Assembly (NCBI GenBank): GCA_950079155.1
Contig: CATMWH010000003.1
Coordinates: forward strand, 172,247-236,246
Origin: an uncultured Christensenella sp.
GTDB taxonomy: Bacteria > Bacillota > Clostridia > Christensenellales > UBA3700
Direction of reading: 5' to 3'
DNA length: 64,000 nucleotides
Part shown: positions 40,937-51,200 of the stretch, one piece after another
How positions within the stretch are numbered: the stretch's first letter is position 1
How the letters are laid out: every line of letters starts with the position of its first letter
Made by a program: the position numbers and the translations under genes
Notes under the pieces: model-generated
The model's input: the letters and a program-made list of their open reading frames with translations, nothing else
The model's database searches: none
What the model was told of the DNA's origin: nothing

Positions 40937-42361
40937 CTAAACATCCATTAAAAACTTGTTATAAATATCAGCGGCTTGTTTATCCTGTGATTTTAAAGCG
41001 TGAGTATAAATATCAAGTGTAATCCTCTCATTGGAGTGTCCAGCCCTTGTAGAAACCACTTTCAAAGGTACTCCAGCATTGAGTTGCATAGTAATACAAG
41101 TATGACGTAGAGAGTGTGGTGGTATGTGTTTAAAGCCGTGTTTTTGTTCAAACCCTTTCAACCAAGAGTTAACCGAACAGGGGTGTATAGGTTTCCCACT
41201 ATCCTGTAAGAATAGATAATCTGTATTTTCCCATAGGTCACCAAAGTTTTTCTTTTGTTCTTCATACCAAGATTTATATTCCAATAACATTATTAATAGT
41301 TGGTCAGGAATAGATATTGTTCTCTTGGAATGCTTTGATTTTGTTCCTTTTGTTACAATACCAAATTCCTTAAAATAAATATTATTATGGTTAATTGTTA
41401 AGGTGTGATTTTCAAAATCTATATCACTCCAACTCAACCCACATATCTCCGCTTTGCGTAACCCTAGAAAAATTGATAAAGAGAATATAATTTTTTTCTT
41501 GGGGTGGGGTTCGGTAAGAACGGCTTTTACAAATTCTCTTGTTTCTTGTTCATTGTATATTTCTTTTTCTTTGGTAGTACCTGTTATAGGTCTAGTGTAT
41601 TCTCTTGAAGCATAGTTGTGTTCAATTAGTTGTTGCCTTTTAGCCTCACCAAGAATAGTACCTAGTATAGTTTTTATCCCTGCGTTAGTAGATTTTGAAA
41701 ATTTAACTTCTTGTTTCTCTACATTAAAGTATTGATTAATGGGAACGTTAAAATGTTGGGATATTGCTTTGGCAGTTGATTTACTTACTTGATTACCTAC
41801 TTTAGAGGCAATGCGTAAAGTAAGTCGATTAATGCCACAATCATTTGCCACTTGAGTTTTGTTTAGATTTTTTGAATCAATCAACTCAAGTATAGATTTT
41901 TTCACGGATACTATTTCTTTGGTATAGGTCCTTTCACAAAGATAATCATAAAATCTTTGGATTATATTGGGTGTTATTTGATTTAATTTATAATTTCCTA
42001 AATAAGGATTGATTATTTCCAATGTATATTTCGACCTTACATAGTAAGAATAACTTTCCTCATTTCTCATTAAGATTCTTTCAAGCCATTTCTTGGAATA
42101 CTCTCCAAAGGTAATATTTGTTTCATAGATAAATGTACCATTGGATTTCTTTTCACATTCTTTTATGAACTCAATCTCATATTTCTTGCGTTCAAGTTCA
42201 ACCTGTTTATAGGGGAGTCCTTGGGGGACTTTCCAGGTTTTTGTATATTGTTTTGGTTGTCCTGTCAAAGGGTCTTTTCCACTATAAAAGAATCTATAAC
42301 TTATAATCTCACCCAATTTATTTTTTCTTGGATAACATAGTTTATTTTTGTTTTTACTCAT
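40937..42361 (-). CDS. int: Tyrosine integrase with internal XRE-like HTH insertion
   Basis: GLRKAEICGLSW (Arg I), TKS (Lys), HSLRH, RAGHS...TLDIYTH; arm-binding N-terminus (GKDPLTG). Confidence 0.93.
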   Translation of the reverse strand: MSKNKNKLCYPRKNKLGEIISYRFFYSGKDPLTGQPKQYTKTWKVPQGLPYKQVELERKKYEIEFIKECEKKSNGTFIYETNITFGEYSKKWLERILMRNEESYSYYVRSKYTLEIINPYLGNYKLNQITPNIIQRFYDYLCERTYTKEIVSVKKSILELIDSKNLNKTQVANDCGINRLTLRIASKVGNQVSKSTAKAISQHFNVPINQYFNVEKQEVKFSKSTNAGIKTILGTILGEAKRQQLIEHNYASREYTRPITGTTKEKEIYNEQETREFVKAVLTEPHPKKKIIFSLSIFLGLRKAEICGLSWSDIDFENHTLTINHNNIYFKEFGIVTKGTKSKHSKRTISIPDQLLIMLLEYKSWYEEQKKNFGDLWENTDYLFLQDSGKPIHPCSVNSWLKGFEQKHGFKHIPPHSLRHTCITMQLNAGVPLKVVSTRAGHSNERITLDIYTHALKSQDKQAADIYNKFLMDV

Positions 42362-42545
42362 ATTATATACTCCTTACTAAATTCACTATCTATATATTGA
42401 GATAGAGTTTTATATGGAAAAGTGAGATTTTGATTAAGTATATAATAAGAGATTTTACTCAAAATCGTAGGGATTTCAAGAGAGTTTATACGAAAACATT
42501 ACTATTTCCTTTGCGGTATTTATTGAGAGATTAAATTGATTGGTA

Positions 42546-43220
42546 TTACAATTTCCCATGTTTTATCGCAGCAATCAATGCTTTTCTTAATGATGCAACA
42601 GATACTCCACTCTCAACAGCAGCTTTTGGAAGTGACCAATTTTCATCAAATTTATAATTTATCCCAGAGTTAGTTTTGACAGTTTCATAAAGTGGTGAGT
42701 CACCTGCTACCTTAACATAGTATTTAACTGCGTCCTCTCTAACATAGTAATCTACAAGTGATATTGCGTCAATCCACTTTTGTTTATCAAGAGTAGCGTT
42801 TTGGGAACTTGTGGACTGCATTAACATATATTCGACAGGTAAATCCTTGAAGTTCTCCTCATACATTTTATAAGCGGACTTACCATTAAGCAATATGAGT
42901 TTAATATCAGTCTTATTTAATAAATCTTGTATGTTATTATAAACAGGATTTTTGATTGTGGAATCTTTTGAGCCCTCAATCTCACAAGCGTCAATTAAAT
43001 CCCAAACTGCAATATCATTATCTATTAATATTTTCACTTTTTCTTCATAGTCATTAGGTATAGGTACTCCAGAATATTTACAGATTACTTCCCAAAACCT
43101 ATTTCCATTATGGTCATAATAGTGACCACTTGTTCTACTTTTATCAGAGGGTATAGTACCTAAAATCAGTATTTTACTTAAAGAGGTAAATATTGGTTGT
43201 AAACCTTTAACTTTTGTCAT
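42546..43220 (-). CDS. Uracil-DNA glycosylase superfamily protein (deoxyinosine/MUG-like) with C-terminal extension
   Basis: ILILGTIPS...HYYDHNGNRFW, AVWD, GSKDSTI, LNGKSA, QSTSSQNA; about 65 extra C-terminal aa. Confidence 0.85.
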   Translation of the reverse strand: MTKVKGLQPIFTSLSKILILGTIPSDKSRTSGHYYDHNGNRFWEVICKYSGVPIPNDYEEKVKILIDNDIAVWDLIDACEIEGSKDSTIKNPVYNNIQDLLNKTDIKLILLNGKSAYKMYEENFKDLPVEYMLMQSTSSQNATLDKQKWIDAISLVDYYVREDAVKYYVKVAGDSPLYETVKTNSGINYKFDENWSLPKAAVESGVSVASLRKALIAAIKHGKL

Positions 43221-43416
43221 TTTGTTATACTCCTTATAGTGTTGTATGTAGATAGTATAACATATAAATTAACCATTGTGAAGTAATAATCACATTATAT
43301 GCCGATATTTTTCAAATACAATATACATAGAGTGTGATTTGAAGTAGTTAATGGTGTACCTAATAAATAATATCCAACCTTATAATTGAAGTGTATATAA
43401 ATTTGTGAGGTTTTTA

Positions 43417-43713
43417 ATGGATAAATTTGATATTATAGATCGCATAGGGTATTTTAGGACAAAAGCAAAACTATCTCAAAAAGCATTATCCATAGATATT
43501 GATATGAATGTTGGGTATATCAATAGGTTGGAGTGTAAGAAAGATTTTTTGCCAAGCCTTGAAGTTTTAATTAAAATTATAAAGGTATGTGGGATAACCG
43601 AAGAAGAATTTTTTTATAATGATTATATGAATTATGAGCAGGATAAACCAATAATTAATAAATTAAAAAACCTCCCTCAAGATAAGAGAGAGGCTTTAAT
43701 AAAACTCTTATAA
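43417..43713 (+). CDS. XRE-family HTH regulator
   Basis: RTKAKLSQKALS...YINRLE...PSLEVL...ITEEEFF; RBS gagg. Confidence 0.85.
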   Translation: MDKFDIIDRIGYFRTKAKLSQKALSIDIDMNVGYINRLECKKDFLPSLEVLIKIIKVCGITEEEFFYNDYMNYEQDKPIINKLKNLPQDKREALIKLL

Positions 43714-43716
43714 TAA

Positions 43717-44598
43717 TCAGAAATTGTTATCTATAAATTCTTTGGTTGTTCGGATAAAAACTCTATCCTTACAAAAGTCAAGGTCTGTAATCTTTTTGTT
43801 ATAAAATACGTGTTGGTCGATTCTTACAAATTTCCCCTTATTCTTACGATACAAATCATTATGATAGTCGATAATGTATTTAAGGTGTTCAGGTGTTATA
43901 TAGGTTTCTTCGTAAGAATTCTTATTAATCTTTGTGCCAAAGTTTTGACTGCTAGTAATTACCTTTGTACCCTTAAGAAAACAGGTCAAATGTGGGTTGT
44001 CTTTATTAAAATGTGGGTCTTTAAATCTTGTAATATACTGAATTCCACTTCTAATATCTTTAGTCCGCCTGTAATGACAAATACCTAGTTTCCATAAGTC
44101 CTCTATAATTTTTTTATTAATGGGTTTTGGAAAATCATTAAATTGTATTATAGAATGAATATGGAGTTTTTGAGTTTTCTTTTGTATTTCAATAGCACGT
44201 ACATACTCAACTTTACCATATCTCCTTTTTAAATATACTAAAAACCTATGGAACTGTTTATTTAGTTTTTGGTAATCCAAATCTTCTTTTAGTGTTAGGG
44301 TAATAAATATACACTTGCTTTCATCAAAATCCCTATCCCATAATTTCTTATGATAAGATTTAAGTAGTCTAACATAATCCTTGTAACTCATAAATTTATT
44401 TGCTAGTTTGTTAGTATTAGCTTTTGGTACAGGTTGTTTGAACTCCCTATCTTTAAATGGAATAAAGTCGTGTAATGTGATAGTCATTCGATTATCATTA
44501 TAAATACGGACTTTATATTTGGGTTTGTTTCCATTTTGAGTATTAAAGTTGTGACACTTCGTTATATTATTAGAATCAAGATATTGTATTTTATTCAT
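43717..44598 (-). CDS. Rolling-circle replication initiator (HUH endonuclease)
   Basis: Motif I FITLT, motif II LHIHSI preceded by EIQK, LWKLG, motif III-like YITRFK; RBS ggaggt. Confidence 0.75.
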   Translation of the reverse strand: MNKIQYLDSNNITKCHNFNTQNGNKPKYKVRIYNDNRMTITLHDFIPFKDREFKQPVPKANTNKLANKFMSYKDYVRLLKSYHKKLWDRDFDESKCIFITLTLKEDLDYQKLNKQFHRFLVYLKRRYGKVEYVRAIEIQKKTQKLHIHSIIQFNDFPKPINKKIIEDLWKLGICHYRRTKDIRSGIQYITRFKDPHFNKDNPHLTCFLKGTKVITSSQNFGTKINKNSYEETYITPEHLKYIIDYHNDLYRKNKGKFVRIDQHVFYNKKITDLDFCKDRVFIRTTKEFIDNNF

Positions 44599-44806
44599 TA
44601 TCATTACCTCCAGAAGTGTAGTTCAAATAATTCAATAGGTTGTCCAAATTCACAAGATATTTGTTACCTGATTTGAAGTGCTTGACCTTACCACTTTTAC
44701 ATAGTGACCTAATAAAGTTTTCAGTCACGGCTGTGTTGTTGTCTAATGATTTGATTTCCATTAAACATTGTTGGATAGTTCTTATCCTTGCTGTTATGTT
44801 TTGCAT
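44591..44806 (-). CDS. Excisionase-like DNA-binding protein
   Basis: 71 aa; RTI...TENFIRSLCKSGKVKHFKSGNKYLVNLD pattern; RBS ggagg. Confidence 0.75.
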   Translation of the reverse strand: MQNITARIRTIQQCLMEIKSLDNNTAVTENFIRSLCKSGKVKHFKSGNKYLVNLDNLLNYLNYTSGGNDNE

Positions 44807-44933
44807 ATTATTTCCTCCTAAAAAAATTAAATATAATAGTAAATAGAGTCTTAAATTTTAATTTGGATTGAAAATTTGACAAAATCTATATGAGTATGTA
44901 TAATTTTTATAAAATACATAGTTGGGTGTGGAT

Positions 44934-45362
44934 ATGGCGGAAAAACTAAATTCAAATGATTATAAGGTACTTGAGAACTTTGGTAATCAACTAAAATCAT
45001 TACTAAAAGAACTTAAATTAACACAAAAACAATTAGCTAAAGGTATAGATGTTAAACCATATACGGTATCTTTATGGGTTAATGGCAAGGTAAATATTAC
45101 TTTAACCAATTTATATAGTATTATAGATTTCTTTCACGATTCATATCCAGACTCTAATCCAGTATTAAGTATTCTTCCTGATTTTATAGGAAATGAATAT
45201 ACAAATATGTGGAAGAAACAACGGACCAATATATTAAATAGATTAAAGTCAACTTGTAAAAAATTAAATTATGATTTATTAAATGATTTAGGTATAAAGG
45301 ATTGGACTGATTTATTTGAGGACCCTTTAGAATATAAGATGAAGAAAATACTAAATAATTAA
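44934..45362 (+). CDS. XRE-family repressor divergent from xis-rep
   Basis: LKLTQKQLAKGIDVKPYTVSLWVNGK HTH. Confidence 0.8.
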   Translation: MAEKLNSNDYKVLENFGNQLKSLLKELKLTQKQLAKGIDVKPYTVSLWVNGKVNITLTNLYSIIDFFHDSYPDSNPVLSILPDFIGNEYTNMWKKQRTNILNRLKSTCKKLNYDLLNDLGIKDWTDLFEDPLEYKMKKILNN

Positions 45363-45522
45363 AAGTGTAAAATAATTAGTAAAGTTATATGGGGATTTTG
45401 TAGAAGTTATAGGTAACGAGAGAGTATAGAGAGTAAATAAAATATATTAAAGAGTATATGAATGACCTGTGGTAGGGGGAGTATATAAACCATATAAAAC
45501 CTATTTTAGGTATTATATATAA

Positions 45523-45567
<45 letters not shown>

Positions 45568-45571
45568 TTAG

Positions 45572-45604
45572 GACACTCTCAAGGAATTGAGAGTGTCGCT
45601 TTTT
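45572..45604 (+). terminator. Host tRNA-Thr terminator
   Basis: gacactctcaa-ggaa-ttgagagtgtc then T-tract. Confidence 0.8.
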
Positions 45605-45817
45605 AACTGCAAACGCGGACAGCCCAAATTTGTGACGTTCGTACGAGACGCTCCGCTTTGACTGCATTAGATTGATTAGATTTACTAGAGATAGTTATAT
45701 GCGGAGGCAAAAAAGAAGCGTCACAAAATCAAAGAGTTGATAAAAATAGAGACAAGGTGTTATACTTTGTCTTTTATTGTTAAAATAAATAAATTTTTGA
45801 CTGATTTATCGCTTTGG

Positions 45818-45846
45818 TTGACATATTTTTGCTAGTAGTATAAAAT
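45818..45846 (+). promoter_or_regulatory. sigmaA promoter of ECF gene
   Basis: TTGACA-17-TAAAAT. Confidence 0.6.
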
Positions 45847-45875
45847 TATAGAAAATTAGGTTTTAGGAAGATTTA

Positions 45876-46400
45876 GTGAAAACATTAAACGTCAGTAAAA
45901 TAAATAGATATCTTACAAGTATTAAGAAGGGGACATTAAGTAGTCTAACTAAGTTATTTAAATATACGTATTCTAATTTATATTGCGTAGCGTTCGCATA
46001 TGTAAGAAATAAAAATGACGTTGAGGATGTTTTAAGTCATGCGTATGAAAATGCTGTAAGATACATTCATACTTTTGACAAAACTATGAATGGGTATAAT
46101 TGGCTCTATACAATAGTTAAAAATTGCGCAAAAGAGTTTAACAAACAAGAATCCAAGAGACAGAAAGTAGTTTGTGATATTGACGAAGAAAGAGAAGATG
46201 AATTTGAGATTTTGGATCATATTGTATTAAAAGTGGCAATAAATTCACTTTCAGACCAAGATAAGAAACTTTTGTATCAAATATATTGGGAAGGTTGGAC
46301 AGTGAAAGAAATTGCGAGAGTATCCGGCGTTCCAATGACGACTATTTACAGCCGATTGGGGAGTATTTATAAAAAGTTGCGAGAATTCTATAAAGAGTAG
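45876..46400 (+). CDS. ECF RNA polymerase sigma factor
   Basis: DVEDVLSHAY, NWLYTIVKN, region 4 WTVKEIARVSGVPMTTIYSRL. Confidence 0.88.
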   Translation: MKTLNVSKINRYLTSIKKGTLSSLTKLFKYTYSNLYCVAFAYVRNKNDVEDVLSHAYENAVRYIHTFDKTMNGYNWLYTIVKNCAKEFNKQESKRQKVVCDIDEEREDEFEILDHIVLKVAINSLSDQDKKLLYQIYWEGWTVKEIARVSGVPMTTIYSRLGSIYKKLREFYKE

Positions 46401-46429
46401 TCGTAATTTGGTCAGAGAGTGACACTATA
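46400..46429 (+). promoter_or_regulatory. Candidate ECF promoter 1
   Basis: gtCGTAATtt...ACACTA, identical 20-nt offset to the copy at 48171/48191. Confidence 0.55.
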
Positions 46430-46468
46430 CATACATAGATAAGTAAACGAATAAAAAGGAGAGAATAA

Positions 46469-47341
46469 ATGAGGAAGATTTTTAGCAATGCAAAATTAGT
46501 ATTGATGTTGTCAATATGTGCGCTTATGATTGCGTCGATAAGCATTATAGTTATTGCGCCATCAATGATTATTGAAGCGCAAGCAAATGCGCTTAACGTA
46601 AGCAGCGTTGAAAAGTATTATTTCACACCTCAAACGATATCGTCTAGGTCTAACTCGCAAGAACGCATTGAGTATACGTCCTATAAAGTGGCGCTTGATA
46701 ATGAGATCTTGACTCCGCTATATTATAATTTAGATTCTAGTCTCATAAATGTTTGTGGAGCAGTAGCAGGCGCAAACTTAATAGGTTATTATGATATTGA
46801 ATATACAAATCTTATACCTAATTATGATTCTGCAATAATACGCAGTGGAAAAAAGATTTTTAAGTCAGTAAGTACTAATACTCAAAACGTAATCAACAAT
46901 TTATATGTAAAAATGAATACAAATGCTACGGGAGTGGGGGTTACATATGGTCAATTTATAAACGGATTGACGTCTAATGTAAACGAGGCAGGATATAGCG
47001 CAACTATAGATGAGTGTGTTTCTAATGGACAGATCAGCGTAAATACGATAAAGAATAATATCGAAAATGGAATTCCTATGGTATGTTTTTGTACAATGTC
47101 ATATTATATAAATAATATTAGCATTGGTTCAAGCGAAACGACGTTGACCAAAGTAGATTATCAAGCGAATCACATTATGGTTGTCAACGGAATAAAACAA
47201 GTGGCATATTTTCAAAACGGCGAAAACTTTAGGACGGATACTTATCTTAAAGTTGCGTCGGGGTTGCAAGAAAATGTAAGCGCATATATTTTGTTATCAT
47301 CAATTGTTTTGGATAATATGAAAACGGTAGCGATAAATTAA
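46469..47341 (+). CDS. Secreted C39-like (papain-fold) peptidase
   Basis: Signal peptide; NVCGAVAGANLIGYYD (Cys), NHIMVVNG (His). Confidence 0.7.
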   Translation: MRKIFSNAKLVLMLSICALMIASISIIVIAPSMIIEAQANALNVSSVEKYYFTPQTISSRSNSQERIEYTSYKVALDNEILTPLYYNLDSSLINVCGAVAGANLIGYYDIEYTNLIPNYDSAIIRSGKKIFKSVSTNTQNVINNLYVKMNTNATGVGVTYGQFINGLTSNVNEAGYSATIDECVSNGQISVNTIKNNIENGIPMVCFCTMSYYINNISIGSSETTLTKVDYQANHIMVVNGIKQVAYFQNGENFRTDTYLKVASGLQENVSAYILLSSIVLDNMKTVAIN

Positions 47342-47350
47342 GGTGTAGAA

Positions 47351-48085
47351 ATGAGAAAATCAAAGTTAGATAAATTAATACAAACAAAAAAAGATAAGAA
47401 AGAACTCAATTATTCTGTATTAGACAAAGCAAAAGAGGCATTGAGTGAGCAAAAAAGACTAAAAAAATCAAGAACAAGTTTTCAGTGGAAAGGATTTGCT
47501 AAAATTTTGGTTCCGGCTTGTTGCGTGTTAATAATTGTTATTGTCGCTTGTGTTGTATTCTATCATCCGGCAGAAGATGATTCTTCTTTACCGCCTGTAA
47601 TAGACGCTCCCAAACCGGATGAGAAGCCTGACGATAGTGATGAAAAACATTTTGGCTCTTCTGAAAATAATCAACGTAATATACAATCCATAGAGTCTTT
47701 CAACAAAGAAAAGAATATTTCATTGCGATACTTCAGTTTGGAAAACATTGAAGAAACTATCATTATTCATGAGGACGTGGAAAACACAAAAGATAAAGAC
47801 GTGTTGTTGTGGCAAAGAATACTTTTGTTGGAAACTTATGAAGAAATCAAAATGTATATCGAGTTGCAAGGCGGCTATATATTTGACTTTTTGGATAGAT
47901 TTGAAAATCTCGGGCAGAAGCTAGAAATAAAAGGTACAGTCGTGAATTATGATACATTCTTTGACGAGGAGCAATATTTATTCTGTACAAGAACAAGCTT
48001 TGAGATTGGCGGATTCAATTATAAAGTAGAATTTTTCTTAGAAGACCAAGAGCAGTGGTGTTCTTATCTAGAGGAAATTTTATAA
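47351..48085 (+). CDS. Single-pass membrane protein, probable anti-sigma factor
   Basis: Short basic N-domain, TM helix, Pro/Asp linker, extracellular domain; in ECF locus. Confidence 0.55.
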   Translation: MRKSKLDKLIQTKKDKKELNYSVLDKAKEALSEQKRLKKSRTSFQWKGFAKILVPACCVLIIVIVACVVFYHPAEDDSSLPPVIDAPKPDEKPDDSDEKHFGSSENNQRNIQSIESFNKEKNISLRYFSLENIEETIIIHEDVENTKDKDVLLWQRILLLETYEEIKMYIELQGGYIFDFLDRFENLGQKLEIKGTVVNYDTFFDEEQYLFCTRTSFEIGGFNYKVEFFLEDQEQWCSYLEEIL

Positions 48086-48168
48086 TAGATTTGCAATGAG
48101 TAGGGGAAATAATAAATATTTAAAGAGAACACTTGCAATGTAAAGTTTAAGTAAAATTTTAATACAGT

Positions 48169-48199
48169 GTCGTAATTTTGTCAAGTTACAACACTAAAC
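48169..48199 (+). promoter_or_regulatory. Candidate ECF promoter 2
   Basis: gtCGTAATttt...ACACTA upstream of the large surface-protein operon. Confidence 0.55.
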
Positions 48200-48269
48200 A
48201 CTAATGAGAAAAGAAAATGAGGAAGAATTTTTTAATTTAGCACAGCTAAAGAAGGAGATTGAAAAACTT

Positions 48270-51200
48270 ATGAAGACACTTATTTCATTAGTATTGACTT
48301 TTATAATGTCATTGACTTCGACATCAATATTTTGGACTTCGGTGGATTTTGAGAAATTGAATTCAGTTGATAGTGGTGTTAAAGAAACGCCTGTTGCTTA
48401 TATTGAAAACGATGATTACGTGCCATATCAATATCGCAATTATACGCAAGATGATACTACAACAAGGGAATATTTAGATTTCAATCTAAATACAGAGTTT
48501 GAGACAGTATTTAAGACGATTACAGTAATGACAACCGCAACCGGCGATCCCAAACGTGGGAATTACGTGGCAAGTAAACCGATAGCCGATGCTCTTGTGC
48601 GTGTGGACGGAGTGCCGAGATATACTGATAGCAAAGGGCAGATTACTGCGCCTTTGAATAGGGAATACGTAGAGCTTTATGTTGAGTATAGCGGATACAA
48701 TCCATATATAGAAATTATAGAGGCGACTGAGGAGCAGAAAACTGTATATCTCAAACAGCCAAGCGATGATATAGAGATTATAGACGTAATGTTTAATCTT
48801 CAAGGATACGTCTTTAATATTATGTTGCAGCCTTGCTATTATTTGAAAGGGCAGATGGAGACTGCAGCTCTATTAGAAGTACATTCAAATGTAGAGTATG
48901 ACTACATATTGTTTTATGTAAATGGACAGTTAGATAGAATAGGATTTGATGATATTCTGTTTACAGAAGATGATCTAAACGATTATGACGTAGACGATGA
49001 ATTTGCCGTTAGCATATCTTATAATGGAATAGATTCAAAACTCGTTGAATTGAATTTAAGAATCGAAGTGTTTGATGGTAGTGATATGAAAGCTCAAATG
49101 AAGTCTGCTTTAATTGATAACTGTGACTACAACTTGGGTACAGAGATGGATGACCCTTTGGGAATAGGTAGCATAGGAGCGGTAACAGTTGGCAAAACGC
49201 AAATTCTAGAACTAATTCTAGAATCTATCTTTTTTGCAGACCCTGAAGATAATTGGAGTTTTAATGTAGATATTGGCGTATTAAGTTTTAGTTTTACGTT
49301 TGACAGATATAGTGGCACTATCAAATTTCTAGGCGGATTAAAATTCGATTTAAAAAAGCCGATTATGAATAAATTAAAAAAAGATGCGGCAAACGGCAAA
49401 AACGATTACAAAAACGCGGCTAAAAACAGCGGTCAGCAGCAGGCGGAAGAAGATGCTTTTGACGCAATAAGCGATTATAATGAAAAACTAGGCAATTATA
49501 ATAACTTGAAAGAACAAGAAAATGTAGCAAAAGAGGTGATGGACAAAGCTAAGCAAGAACTAGAAGCTGCAGAGGAAAGAAAGGCGCAAGGTCAAAGTTG
49601 GAAAAAAAGCGATGGATATCGCACTTTCAGAGATGAGCAAGGTAGATTTATTTCTACAATAGATGGATTGACAAAAGAGTATAGCGCTGCTCAAGAGCAA
49701 TATAATAAAATTCATAATACGGTAGAAAATCTAAGTAATACTTTAGATAATCCCGTTGATAATACGCCGAGCGCTAATAGTCAGTCAGGACCAAGCAAAT
49801 TTCAGACTATTCTGGATTATTTGACAAATATTGATGGAATTACAAATCAGATACAAAAATTGAAAAACTTTTTTGATTCGGGTAGTCTCGGCACTCCGGG
49901 TTTTGATTGGAGTTTGGATTTTTCGGTATTGGCATCAATAGAATCATCGTACAGAACGGGGGAACTACTGCATTTCTCAGTTTATACTGAATTATCTTTT
50001 AAGCCATCGTATACTTGGATATTTACAGTGTCGCTTCCTCCTGTTATTCCTGTACTGCCTATGTTTGTTACAATACAAGGCGATTTGCATGCTAAAGCAG
50101 AGACTATTATGGTAGATGATAAAAACGGAGTAAATCTTACTTTTGCTGAAGCTTTGAAACAAATTGAAATACTTATAGGCTTCTATGTAAGAGTAGATTT
50201 CGCAGCAGGTCTAAAAGGAGTTTTTTCCGGCGGATTATTTGGGAAAATTGGTTTGGATATGTATTTTTCTCCTGAAATTAAAGCTAAATTCATATGGGAT
50301 GTAGGATTTAAGGCACAGTTTTTAATGTTTGAAAGGGAATTTTCAATAAAACCTGCTGCGATTATTATTGATGAAAAAGGCTTTCATGTTGAAGGGGCTG
50401 ATAATTACAGTTTACTTAGTCGGGTAAAATCAAATACAGTGAATATTAGTGATAATCAGTTATTTGATAGGATGTATCAGTCATCTCAACCTCAAATGAT
50501 CAAACTAAATGACGGAAGGAGTATTTTATTTTGGATAGAGGACGATATTGAGAGAGATGATTATAATAGATATGTGTTGAAGTATTCTATACTTAACAAT
50601 GATATATGGAGTCAACCTCAAGCGGTAATAAATGACGGAATGGCGGATTATGATTACGACGTATATTCTGACGGAATAGACGTGTACGTTGCTATACAAC
50701 GTACTAACAGAATAATTACAGAATATGATCAAATGGACAACGTAATTGAGACACTTGATATCTTCGTAGCAAAATTTAATAACAGCGATAATGTTTTTGG
50801 TGACATCGTGCAAATTACCAATGATGATAGTTATCAGTCCAATCCTCAATTCGCGGTAAGTTCTTCAGAAGTTGTCTTGACTTGGAGAACGAATACTCAA
50901 AATGATTATTTTGGCTTAACAGGAGAGAATTTAATTTGTTCAACTACTTTATTAAATGGGAATTGGGGCGATATAAAAGAACGATATAGGAATTCTGCAA
51001 TGTTGTATAATTACTCTTCAGCATTTGACGATGGGAATTTTACTCTAGCGGTATGTGAAACTTTGGATGGTAGTGTATTAGCTTCTGATACTGTATTGCG
51101 TGTGACAAAAAATCAAAGCGAGGTGTTTGTCAAGGAAAAAGTCATGAATGCTAAGTTTATTTCTTTGCCATCTGGGATGTCATTGTTATATTCTGACGAA

